Origin: Acidobacteriaceae bacterium
GTDB lineage: Bacteria > Acidobacteriota > Terriglobia > Terriglobales > Acidobacteriaceae
Direction of reading: 5' to 3'
NCBI GenBank assembly: GCA_030037705.1
Contig: JASHQE010000087.1
Span: forward strand, 11,540-75,539
Length of the DNA stretch: 64,000 bases
Positions within the stretch are counted from its first letter, which is position 1. Each line of letters starts with the position of its first letter. The translations under genes were made by a program, and so were the position numbers. Positions 8,288 to 17,465 of this stretch are shown in pieces. The notes under the pieces were generated by a model, which saw nothing but the letters and a program-made list of their open reading frames with translations, was not told the origin of the DNA and ran no database searches.

Positions 8288-9981
8288 AGCCAATGACCTA
8301 TCCGTTCTCTGCCATCGTCGGTCAGGAGCAGATGAAGCTGGCGCTTCTTCTGGCTGCGATTGACTGGCGCCTCGGCGTGTTGCTGCGCGGTGACAAGGGG
8401 GCCGGCAAAACCACCACGGCGCGCGGTCTTGCGGTGCTGCTCCCGGAGCCGGCTCCCTTCGTGAACTTGCCCATCGGGGTGACTGAGGACCGGCTTCTCG
8501 GAGGACTCCACCTCGAAAGCGCGCTCAAAGGCAATCCCATGCTCAAGCCGGGCCTGCTTTCCGAGGCTCATGGCGGTGTGTTCTATATCGATGAGGTCAA
8601 TCTGCTGCCTGCGCATCTCGGCGACGCGCTCCTCGATGCTGCATCGAGCGGAGTCAACGTCGTTGAGCGTGAGGGATTCAGTACATCGCACCCCGCCGAG
8701 TTTGTTTTGCTCGGCAGCATGAACCCGGAAGAAGGCCTCCTGCGCCCGCAATTGCTCGACCGGTTCGCTCTTGCGGTAGACATAGCAGCGCCACTCGACG
8801 CGGAGGAGAGGCAGAGGATCGTCGAGCGCAGAATTGCATTTGAGCGCGACCCCACGAAGTTTACGGATGAATGGTCGAGCGAGCAGGCGGTCTTGCGAGA
8901 GAAGATCTGCAGCGGCAGAGAGCGAGTCAGTTCTATCCAGTGTTCTAGCGAGATCCTGACGCGGATCGGAGCCGCAATCTGCGCGGCAGGCGTGCGCTCG
9001 CTGCGAGCCGACCTGGCGGCAGTGCGCGCAAGCATCGCGTGTGCCGCGTTGATGGGAGAATCCAGTGTAGGGTTGCGCCATGTCGATGCTGTGCTTCCCT
9101 TGGTGCTGAACCACCGCGCCAAAACGGGTGGTCGTTCCATGCCACCGCCTCCTTCGCAGCCTGCATCGCGCCAACAACCGGGCGATTCTGCTTCAAACGG
9201 GGGTACGAAGGAAGTAATCGAGCGCATCTTCTCTCCGCAGGAAGTCATAGCGCCGGTAATCCAGGCCTCTCTGGCTGATTCTGCGCTACGTGGCAATAGC
9301 CAAGCGACTCTTGTTGATCATCCCGGCCCGGTTGTACGCACGCGGCGAACTGAAAGCCCCGGGGAGATCGATCTTCGTGCAACTCTGAATCATGCAGCGC
9401 TTGAGACCGCAATCTGTCAGCCCCGTCTCTCGGACCTGCATGAAAAAGTACGCGTGCCCCGGTCCGGCGTAAGATATGTGTTTCTGATCGACTCGAGCGG
9501 CTCTCATGCGGCAGGGGAAAAGATGCGCTTGGTGAAGGGCGCGATACTTGGCATGCTCAACCGCTCTTTCCGAAAAGATGATGAGGTTGTTTTCATCGCT
9601 TTTCGCGGCACGGATGCCCAGGTATTGCTGGAACCTTCACATCAGATGGATGACGCAGTCACAGCACTTGAATATCTCCCCACCGGCGGGCGAACACCGC
9701 TCGCGCACGCTCTCGAACTCGCAAAAATATATGTAACGCCCTCGGCCATGCTGATTCTGCTAAGTGATGGGCGGGCAAACGTGGCTTTGCACGGCGGGGA
9801 CCCATGGCAGGAGGCTTTGGAATGTGCAGGGCAGTTGCATTGCCGTGCTCTGGTTGTCGATACAGAAAATCCCGGTTACCCGGTGCGGCGCATCTCCGAG
9901 TTGGCAGACGCGCTGCGTGCATCTTCGATCAATCTAGTCAGCCTTGAGCAACTCGACTTGCTGGAGATCAAAAGTTCATAG
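8284..9981 (+). CDS. chlD: ChlI/ChlD-type chelatase subunit (AAA+ plus VWA), presumed CobN partner
   Basis: YPFSAIVGQE, Walker A GDKGAGKT, YIDEVNLL and MNPEEG.LRPQLLDRF; Pro-rich linker; MIDAS DSSGS; GGRTPL; LSDGRAN. Confidence 0.88.
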   Translation: MKPMTYPFSAIVGQEQMKLALLLAAIDWRLGVLLRGDKGAGKTTTARGLAVLLPEPAPFVNLPIGVTEDRLLGGLHLESALKGNPMLKPGLLSEAHGGVFYIDEVNLLPAHLGDALLDAASSGVNVVEREGFSTSHPAEFVLLGSMNPEEGLLRPQLLDRFALAVDIAAPLDAEERQRIVERRIAFERDPTKFTDEWSSEQAVLREKICSGRERVSSIQCSSEILTRIGAAICAAGVRSLRADLAAVRASIACAALMGESSVGLRHVDAVLPLVLNHRAKTGGRSMPPPPSQPASRQQPGDSASNGGTKEVIERIFSPQEVIAPVIQASLADSALRGNSQATLVDHPGPVVRTRRTESPGEIDLRATLNHAALETAICQPRLSDLHEKVRVPRSGVRYVFLIDSSGSHAAGEKMRLVKGAILGMLNRSFRKDDEVVFIAFRGTDAQVLLEPSHQMDDAVTALEYLPTGGRTPLAHALELAKIYVTPSAMLILLSDGRANVALHGGDPWQEALECAGQLHCRALVVDTENPGYPVRRISELADALRASSINLVSLEQLDLLEIKSS

Positions 9982-10004
9982 TCGCTGTCTTAGAGGCCGC
10001 GCCG

Positions 10005-11150
10005 CTATGGACCGGATCGCCCACCAAACTGATGGCGCAAGTACCGGTTCCAATACATCATGAGGCCGGTGATGCTCAGGGCTGCGAGGCTCACACCGAG
10101 CAGGCACCAGAGAATTTTGATGGGCAGACCCCACACCGTGCCGAAGTGCAGCGTAAACATCGACCAGAGGATCCAGTCTCCCATCGTGACGTTGTTGCCG
10201 TAGTGCCATACGGTCAGGACGCGGGCGCTGGCGGTCTCGATGGTGATGAGATCGCGGTGGGCGAAGTTCGCGGGATCGCGGAGATCCATCTCGACAAATA
10301 CGGTGGGGTAGGTAAGAGACGGATTGTAAACTGCGAAGAGCCGTCCATGCGGTGAGGCATGCTGTGCTGCAGCAACGATGGCTGCAAGGGAAGCGTGCGC
10401 TCCCTTGCGCGGCGCGAGCGATGGCATTGGAGGAGGCAACATCGCGCGCATCGGGAAGACAGCGTTGATGGTCCTTTCCAGAGGCCCGTACCAGGCGAAG
10501 TAAACACCTGAGATCGACCACCATATAACGATCGCGAGCGTCCATATGCCGATGGCGTGGTGCGCGTCGAAATTGATGCGCCGCCAGTGACTGCGCAGGC
10601 TGATGCCGAGGCCGCGGCTCCAGTTCCTGATGCCCGGCCACCAGAGAAAAAGCCCAGTGACACACAGGAGAAGCAGGATCGCGGCGCCGACGCCATTCAC
10701 CTGTTCGCCATGCTCGCTGCCGAGCAGAAGGTAAAGATGGAGGTCATGCGTCCAGTCCACCCACGTGCGCGGCTGCGGAAGGACAGCTCCACTCACGGGG
10801 TCGGCAATGAACCCCAACTGCCGGTGTTGGGCGTCAACTGCCCGAACTTGGAATGCAGGAACGGCCGGATAGGGGGTGACGAGAAGGCTTGCCGTGCAAC
10901 CGGGACACGCCTGAGCAAAGCGGCGCATCACGTCGGGGATCGATGCAGTCCGCGAGGGATCCCAGGCGCTGAGGCCGCGCGGCAGCATTGTGCCAGTCAG
11001 CTCGTTTTCAAAGACGAGAATGGAACCGCTAAGGGCGATGACGACCACGTAGAGCGAAAGCGCGATACCGGCCCACAGGTGAATCTGGAAGATCGCCCGG
11101 CGCAGCCAAAGTTGGCGCGGACGGTGAACCAGATTGTGGAGAAACGTCAT
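10005..11150 (-). CDS. PepSY-associated TM helix protein
   Basis: IHLWAGI...SGSILVF, DLHLYLL, GLFLWWP, DAHHAIG, LHFG and TGLMMYW motifs. Start taken at ATG11150. Confidence 0.88.
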   Translation of the reverse strand: MTFLHNLVHRPRQLWLRRAIFQIHLWAGIALSLYVVVIALSGSILVFENELTGTMLPRGLSAWDPSRTASIPDVMRRFAQACPGCTASLLVTPYPAVPAFQVRAVDAQHRQLGFIADPVSGAVLPQPRTWVDWTHDLHLYLLLGSEHGEQVNGVGAAILLLLCVTGLFLWWPGIRNWSRGLGISLRSHWRRINFDAHHAIGIWTLAIVIWWSISGVYFAWYGPLERTINAVFPMRAMLPPPMPSLAPRKGAHASLAAIVAAAQHASPHGRLFAVYNPSLTYPTVFVEMDLRDPANFAHRDLITIETASARVLTVWHYGNNVTMGDWILWSMFTLHFGTVWGLPIKILWCLLGVSLAALSITGLMMYWNRYLRHQFGGRSGP

Positions 11151-11161
11151 CGGTACAAGGC

Positions 11162-13315
11162 TCACTGGCTCGTGTGTGCATCGTACCAAGCGAGGATGCG
11201 CGTGAGAGAGTCGATCTGATGCTCGCGCTCGGTGAAGATGTGCGGCTCGCGTGGGTATGTCACCATCTGCGCTTCTTTCCCCATGAAGCGAAGGCCATGG
11301 TAGAACTCCTGCCCCTGTGAGATTGGCACACGCACGTCGGCCTCGCCGTGAAGGACGAGCACGGGCGTGTGACAGTGATTGAGATACCGCACGGGAGAGT
11401 GCTGATCGTAAACTGCGGCGTTCGTGGCCAGTGGTCCAAAGTAACCCTGCTCGAAGCTGGGAGAAATGTCTGTTATTGTGGCCATGCTGAAGAGGTCGGT
11501 GACGCCGGCACCTACCATCGCTGCTTTAAAGCGGTCGGTGTGGGTAACGGTCCAAGCGGTCATGAATCCGCCATAGCTCCATCCCCCGATCACCATGCGG
11601 TCGGGATCGGCGATGCCCTGCTGGATCAAATTGTCCACACCAGCCATGATGTCCGCGAAGTCGCCACCGCCCCAGTCCTGGTAATTTGATTCTGTGAGCG
11701 CCGGACCTTGACCGTCTGATCCCCGGGGATTTGGCAGCAGCACGACATATCCATGAGAGGCGAGCAATGTGGCGTAGTTATACCAGTTGCCGTTGAAGCC
11801 GGTTGTCCAAGCCTCTTCAGGACCGCCATGCACGTGCACTACGGTCTTGTAACGCGTACCGGGTTGATAGTGGGGCGGCAACACAACAACGCCATAGATG
11901 GTGCGATGGTCATTCGGGTTCTTCCAGGTGATCTCGCGCTGGGTACCGATGCTCCACTGCGCCACCTGGGGGTTGGTGTTAGTCACGGCCTGGGAGCTAC
12001 CGTTCCTCCAGATGTAAACCTCGGCCGGCATCGCGGGCGTGTCACCGAGAAAGGCCAGGGTTTGGCCGTCGCGGCTGGCGTGGAAGTCCTCCTCGGTGTT
12101 GACCGAAATTCCGGGCAGCGGTTTGACCGTAAAGGAAGCGGCGTAGATCTCGACCGATTCGGTGTGCGCGCCGACATATTCGCCGGCGATGAGGCGGCTG
12201 CCGGGACCAGCCCACAGCATGTGAGCAATGGTGCCAGGCAGCTTGTCTTCAAGACGGATGTTGCTGCCATCGGCAATCTTCTCGACGATGTGTTCGTCCG
12301 TGATACCGCGCTGTGTAAAACGGGAGAAGGCGACGTACAATCCATCGTGCGAGAACGAGGGAGAGGCATAGCCGGAGTGCTCCTCGATGGTGCGCGTAAT
12401 TCCTCCCGTCTTTGTGTCGATGAGAACGACCTTCGAGACACGCCAGTAATCATCGATGCGTGGCGTGGGAGAGACACGGGCGACGATGAGCGAGCCATCC
12501 GGCGACCAGTCGATGGCATCGACATTCAGATCCTGTGTGGAGAGTAGCCGCACCTCGTGGGAGGAGAAGTCGTAAATCCACAAACGGTCGTAGTGGTAAT
12601 CGCGATCGATGAGATTCTGATCGTTCTTCGCGGTTTTGCGAGCGCGCTCTTCGGGCGTATCGGTGTCAGTGCGGATGAAGGCGATGGATTTTCCGTCGGG
12701 CGACCACTTGAAGGAGCGAATCCCGCCAGGCATGTTGGTGAGCGGTTCGGCTTCTCCGCCGTTGAGTGCAATCCACCACAACTGCATCGCGGGTTTCGCC
12801 GCAGTTGCATCGTCATTCGAGGCAGAGTCGTCTTTGGGGGGGAGGGTTACGTCTTTGCGCTCGCTCCCGGGAGCGAGGGAAAAGTGGAAGGGCGAACTCG
12901 ATCCTTCTGCGAGAGGATTGGGACGATCGGAGAGGAATGCGATGTGGGTACCGTCGGGCGACCAGTCTGGAGAATCCTCAGCGGCGCCGCTATAGGCAAA
13001 GGGCCGCGCAGCCCCAGGTTCGCCCGTGGACGCGAGCCAAATGTGAGCGTTGCGATGTTTTCCGGCGGCCACAGGTGTGTCGACGGTGTAGACAACCAGA
13101 CTGCCGTCGGGAGAAATGCGCGGAGCCGCAACGCGCTTGAGGTTGGCAATGTCGGAGGGCTGGATCATCACCTTCTGCGCATAAAGCGTGAAGAGAGGCG
13201 CGCAGGCGCAGAAGCCGATGGCAAAGGCGGCCAACCTGCGGCGCGTGGATTGCCGCGCTGTGGTTGCCCCGCAATGCGAAGGGAGAAATTTGGGACGAAG
13301 AAGACGCAAGCTCAT
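11162..13315 (-). CDS. S9 family (prolyl oligopeptidase/acylaminoacyl) peptidase, exported
   Basis: PD40-like WSPDG repeats, HGGP, nucleophile GWSYGG, HGEADVRVP (Asp) and YPREPH (His). Confidence 0.92.
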   Translation of the reverse strand: MSLRLLRPKFLPSHCGATTARQSTRRRLAAFAIGFCACAPLFTLYAQKVMIQPSDIANLKRVAAPRISPDGSLVVYTVDTPVAAGKHRNAHIWLASTGEPGAARPFAYSGAAEDSPDWSPDGTHIAFLSDRPNPLAEGSSSPFHFSLAPGSERKDVTLPPKDDSASNDDATAAKPAMQLWWIALNGGEAEPLTNMPGGIRSFKWSPDGKSIAFIRTDTDTPEERARKTAKNDQNLIDRDYHYDRLWIYDFSSHEVRLLSTQDLNVDAIDWSPDGSLIVARVSPTPRIDDYWRVSKVVLIDTKTGGITRTIEEHSGYASPSFSHDGLYVAFSRFTQRGITDEHIVEKIADGSNIRLEDKLPGTIAHMLWAGPGSRLIAGEYVGAHTESVEIYAASFTVKPLPGISVNTEEDFHASRDGQTLAFLGDTPAMPAEVYIWRNGSSQAVTNTNPQVAQWSIGTQREITWKNPNDHRTIYGVVVLPPHYQPGTRYKTVVHVHGGPEEAWTTGFNGNWYNYATLLASHGYVVLLPNPRGSDGQGPALTESNYQDWGGGDFADIMAGVDNLIQQGIADPDRMVIGGWSYGGFMTAWTVTHTDRFKAAMVGAGVTDLFSMATITDISPSFEQGYFGPLATNAAVYDQHSPVRYLNHCHTPVLVLHGEADVRVPISQGQEFYHGLRFMGKEAQMVTYPREPHIFTEREHQIDSLTRILAWYDAHTSQ

Positions 13316-13343
13316 CGCAAAGGCTCCGGATTGTGAATGGCGT

Positions 13344-13370
13344 GCACGAGACGGAGGCTCCGTCTCGTGC
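13344..13370. repeat. perfect inverted repeat (13-bp arms) between the TBDR and the S9 peptidase
   Basis: GCACGAGACGGAG-G-CTCCGTCTCGTGC. No U-tract on either side. Confidence 0.8.
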
Positions 13371-13381
13371 CTCGCGGTCAG

Positions 13382-16300
13382 CTAAAACTGTAGTTTGAGT
13401 GCGAACTGTAGCGAGCGCGGCGCTCCGATCTGGTACAGGCTGCTGAAACCTCCGTCGGCTCCGCCTCCACCGAGGCTGGCGGCCAGGTCCTGGGAGGAGA
13501 TGCCGAAGTAGGGGTTCGCCGTGCAGGAGGTGACGGTATTACCGCTGGTTGTACAGTACCCGCTCAGGATGTTGCGGCCGTCGTTGATGCCGACATCGCC
13601 GAACACAGGATGGTTGAAGACGTTGAAGGCCTCTGCGCGGAAGAGCAGATGCAGAGACTCGTGGATGGGAAAATCGCGGCGGAGCGCGAAGTCTTCCTGC
13701 CAGACGTCGAAGCCGCGGAGAGCGTTGCGCGCAAGATTGCCCTGGCTGAAGGTGTTGGTCGGGACACTGAAGGCTGCGGCGTTGATGATCCTGCCACCCG
13801 GCTCGCCTGGTTCGCTCAGCCAATAGGGCCGGTTCGGCACAACATTCGGCCGTTGGTTCGCAGCCGTCTGGTTCCAGATAAGCCCGTAAGAGTAAACGCC
13901 CGTGGTGATGGTGATGGGCGCTGCCGTGTTGGCGCGGAACAGGCTGTCGAAGGCCCATCCGTTGCTCACGTAGCGCGTGAACGCGTTGCTCTCGTGGATG
14001 GTGGGCAATTCGTAAGTGATGGCGTTGGTGACGGTGTCGTGGATGTCGTAATCGCTGGGACCGTAGTCAAGATGCGGATCGTAGATGGTGTGGTACGGGA
14101 TGGGCCATGCGACGCTCGATCCGTTATCCATGCCATGCGCCCAGGTGTAGGTGGCCAGGTATTGCACGTGTTGCCATAGGTTCTGTTTGAACTCCACCTG
14201 CATCGCATTGTAGTTCGAGTAGTCGTTGTTGGTGGTAACGTCGAGGTAGTCGAAGTTGGCATTCGCGCCCATGGCTGGGGTGAGCATCTCGTTGCGGAGC
14301 AGATCGCGGCCGAGGTTGCCGACGTAGCTGATCTGCAGGCTCCGTCCCGTGCCGAAGTTCTGCTGCAGCGATCCGTTCCACATGTAAACGCGCGGATCCT
14401 TCAGGTTGGGATCGAACGCGAAGACAAAGGTATAGGGCGGGTTGAGAGTAAACGGAATGGGTGCTGCAGCCGCCTGGCTGAGCGGATACGTGCCGGCGCT
14501 GCCGTAGAGATATTCGGAGCGTCCCCAGGGAAAGCCAAGCGTACCCTGCGCGCCTTGCTGGTTGCCGAGTCCGTAGAAAATGCCCCAGCTGCCGCGCAAT
14601 ACAAGTTCGTATCCAGGCGTCTCGCGGACAACATAAGAAGCGCCCACACGAGGCGCGAAGTTTGTCTTACTCGCATTCCACAGCGGCGTGCCCTCCGGAG
14701 CGATGGTTACGTTGGCTGGATCGTTGAGGTTGGTAGCCGTGTAGAACGGATGACCGGAGTCCTCCGATGGCGGTGGATCGTAGTCCCAGCGCAGGCCGTA
14801 ATTGAGGGTGAGGCGATGGTTGACCTGCCAGGAATCCTGAGCGAAGAAGGAGAGATCGTAGAAAACCGGCCGCAGTTGGGTGGTGTTGTACGTGTCGACA
14901 CCGGCATAGTCCGGCACCTGGGTCTGCACCAGAGACTGTACGGAATCGAAGTCGTAAGAAATGTCCCAGGGACGGTAGCCGTTCTTGGGAGTCATGCGGC
15001 GGAAGTCGACGCCGAATTTCAGATTGTGGCTGCCGCGGGTCCAACTGAGGGTGTCGACAAAGTTGAGTTGGCGCTGATGGTTGGTCGCGTCGTTGCCCAC
15101 GTAGTAGTCCGTGGTGCCGTCGTTAAAGTAGAGGCCAAAGACGGACGTGCTGATGCTGTAATTGGGATCGGACTGGAAGAGATACGAACTGCTGGGAACG
15201 GTGGCTCCGCCGAATGCGACCGGCACCACAGTGGTGGAGCCTTTCGCGTGGCTGATATTGAAGCGGAAGTCATCAACCAGCGAAGGAGAGAGGACGTACG
15301 TAGCGCCAGCCGTGGTTGTATCGACGTTGGCAATGGTGGTGCTGTACGTGGAGCGGGTGTAGAAATTAAAAGCTCCGTACTGCGAGCCGCTGGATGGTGC
15401 GTAGTCGCCGCGGACAAAGAGCGTGAGTTTTGAGGTGGGTGTGTAATCGAGACGGACGCTGGTGGCGTTGAGCGTAGACGGGTTGGAGAAGGCGGCGAAG
15501 AACTGGCCGGTCCACTGGCCATTTATATCCTGGCCGGCGGATGGTTTTGGATAAGCCGCGAGCAGCGGAGCGACCACGGAATTGGCCTGGTTGCGCGCGT
15601 ACGTAGTGGGCACGATGTCGATGGCAGACTGGGGAACACGCAAACGGAGCCCTTCATAGGATCCGAAAAAGAAAAGTTTATCGCGCAGGATGGGACCGCC
15701 GATCACGCCGCCGAAGTCGTTCTGCTTCTCCGCGGTGCGAGCGAGGCCCTCGTTGTTGTTGTACCAGGAGTTGGCGTCGAAGATGTCGTTGCGGATGTAT
15801 TCGAACGCTATCCCGTGAAAGTTATTGGTGCCGCTGCGCGTAATGATGGAAAGCTGAGCTCCCGGCGTGCGGCCGTATTCGGCGTCGAACGAGGAGGTCT
15901 GCATCTTGTATTCCTGGATAGCATCGATCGAGACCAGATTGTTGTAACCGCCATTGTTGCTTGTAGCCTGGGCCGCACCGGCGCCGGCCGACCCGAGATA
16001 CACGTTGTTGCCCTGTGTGATGCCCACGTTGGCGCTGACGCCGTCGATGGAGAAATAGTTTGCATCCGTGCGCTGGCCGTTGATACTGAACTGGCCGGAA
16101 TTGGTGTAGTAAGTCTTGGCCGTGACGTTACCTGGGGTGAGCGCAATGAGCGCCTGGAAGCTGCGGCCGTTGAGCGGCATATTTTCAACGAAGCGGCGGT
16201 CGACTGTAGTTGTGACCGCCGTGGACGTATCGATTTGCGCATTTTCAGCGCTCACCGAGACGGTTTCGCTGGAGGAGCCGACAGTGAGGCTGAAATTCTC

Positions 16301-16618
16301 TGCCAGGGAGTCCTGGGTGTGCAGTTCGAGATCGGCGATCACGCTGTCCCGGAATCCGGGGGCGCTGACGACGATTTTGTAGTGGCTCGGCCGCAAGCTG
16401 GAAAGCGCGTATTCGCCGCCCGCGCCTGTCTTCGCCGTGCGAGCAAAGTTGGTGCCAAGATCGGTAATGGTGATGGTAGCGCCGGCGACGACCGCACCGG
16501 ACGTGTCCGTCACGTGGCCGGTGATGCCGCTGGTTTCGTTCTGCGCCGCCAGCGGCAAAACCGATAATGCAACCAACAGCGCCAGCTTACAAATCGAGGG
16601 AAAGGGGCTCCGTTTCAT
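13382..16618 (-). CDS. TonB-dependent receptor, Oar-like, with carboxypeptidase-regulatory-like N-domain
   Basis: Signal peptide; ITGHVTDTSGAVVAGA; MPLNGRSFQAL; TRSGTNNFHG; NFAPRVG; FRAEAFNVFNHP; C-terminal RSLQFALKLQF. Confidence 0.92.
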   Translation of the reverse strand: MKRSPFPSICKLALLVALSVLPLAAQNETSGITGHVTDTSGAVVAGATITITDLGTNFARTAKTGAGGEYALSSLRPSHYKIVVSAPGFRDSVIADLELHTQDSLAENFSLTVGSSSETVSVSAENAQIDTSTAVTTTVDRRFVENMPLNGRSFQALIALTPGNVTAKTYYTNSGQFSINGQRTDANYFSIDGVSANVGITQGNNVYLGSAGAGAAQATSNNGGYNNLVSIDAIQEYKMQTSSFDAEYGRTPGAQLSIITRSGTNNFHGIAFEYIRNDIFDANSWYNNNEGLARTAEKQNDFGGVIGGPILRDKLFFFGSYEGLRLRVPQSAIDIVPTTYARNQANSVVAPLLAAYPKPSAGQDINGQWTGQFFAAFSNPSTLNATSVRLDYTPTSKLTLFVRGDYAPSSGSQYGAFNFYTRSTYSTTIANVDTTTAGATYVLSPSLVDDFRFNISHAKGSTTVVPVAFGGATVPSSSYLFQSDPNYSISTSVFGLYFNDGTTDYYVGNDATNHQRQLNFVDTLSWTRGSHNLKFGVDFRRMTPKNGYRPWDISYDFDSVQSLVQTQVPDYAGVDTYNTTQLRPVFYDLSFFAQDSWQVNHRLTLNYGLRWDYDPPPSEDSGHPFYTATNLNDPANVTIAPEGTPLWNASKTNFAPRVGASYVVRETPGYELVLRGSWGIFYGLGNQQGAQGTLGFPWGRSEYLYGSAGTYPLSQAAAAPIPFTLNPPYTFVFAFDPNLKDPRVYMWNGSLQQNFGTGRSLQISYVGNLGRDLLRNEMLTPAMGANANFDYLDVTTNNDYSNYNAMQVEFKQNLWQHVQYLATYTWAHGMDNGSSVAWPIPYHTIYDPHLDYGPSDYDIHDTVTNAITYELPTIHESNAFTRYVSNGWAFDSLFRANTAAPITITTGVYSYGLIWNQTAANQRPNVVPNRPYWLSEPGEPGGRIINAAAFSVPTNTFSQGNLARNALRGFDVWQEDFALRRDFPIHESLHLLFRAEAFNVFNHPVFGDVGINDGRNILSGYCTTSGNTVTSCTANPYFGISSQDLAASLGGGGADGGFSSLYQIGAPRSLQFALKLQF

Positions 16619-16723
16619 ACACGACCTCCTGAGTGGAATGAAATGAAGAACTGGTTTGCGTTTCAGCGAACCTGACTCTTGCTTACAGTCGACGGGAAGC
16701 GACGTGGCCCGTCCGGCGCGGCT

Positions 16724-17362
16724 CTATTGCTGCCGCGAGCCATTTTGCCGACGGATCAGAGCTGCGAGTTCCTGATCCTGCGGCGAACGGTGCTGTTCGA
16801 GGACGCCGGCCACCGCGAGCGCATCGCGCAGCGGCTCGTCCTGGCCCAGCTTGAATTTGGCCTCGATACGAGAGACCCGGATGCGGAAACCGGCGATCGC
16901 AGGGAACCTGCGCACCATCTCGCTGCGGGGAATCTCGCTGGTGCGCCAACCGTCCGGATAGTGCGACTCCATACGCTGCGTCAGGTCCTCGAGCGATTCA
17001 TCCAGCTCTGTTTGAGTCTGCATCTCCAGAGTGCCGGCGCAATGCACAGCCGTGTAATAGTATGTCGACGGCATGTCGCGATTGGGATACCAGCTGGCAG
17101 TCACGTAACTCCACGGTCCCTCGAAAACCGCCAGCACCGGCGCGCCGTCAGTGCCCGAGGCGAGCGCCCGGAAGTGTTCATTGCCGCGTGCAATGTGCCC
17201 CACCAGTACAGTCCCTTGCGCGCGACGGTCGAGCAGAAGCGGCAGATTGGTTGCGTACGGGACATCAGCCCCGTTGCTCACCAGCAGCGCCCAGGGGTTG
17301 TGCTCAATCAGGTCAAACGCATCCTGCTGAGAGGCGGGTTGCCAGCATGGCCGAATAAACAC
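16724..17362 (-). CDS. PaiB-family (FMN/heme-binding split-barrel) protein
   Basis: GHIARGN, VFEGPWSYVTASWY, YTAVH and EAKFKLGQ. GTG start with GAGGTG RBS. Confidence 0.85.
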   Translation of the reverse strand: MFIRPCWQPASQQDAFDLIEHNPWALLVSNGADVPYATNLPLLLDRRAQGTVLVGHIARGNEHFRALASGTDGAPVLAVFEGPWSYVTASWYPNRDMPSTYYYTAVHCAGTLEMQTQTELDESLEDLTQRMESHYPDGWRTSEIPRSEMVRRFPAIAGFRIRVSRIEAKFKLGQDEPLRDALAVAGVLEQHRSPQDQELAALIRRQNGSRQQ

Positions 17363-17465
17363 GGAAGGTACACCTCAAAAAGAACCTTGGGATTGATCTC
17401 GAATCTTCGATCGGTCTTGCGAAACGTTCAGAAGCAAGGTCGAATTGTGCCCTTTTTCAGAAAAG

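Noticed and set aside
9120-9240. Programmed frameshift site in the chlD linker
   Set aside because: The ORF is continuous and no clear slippery heptamer or long A-run is visible.
6134-9296. Long antisense ORFs (384, 366, 237 aa) over cobN/chlD
   Set aside because: Shadows expected from GC-rich codon bias; no motifs.
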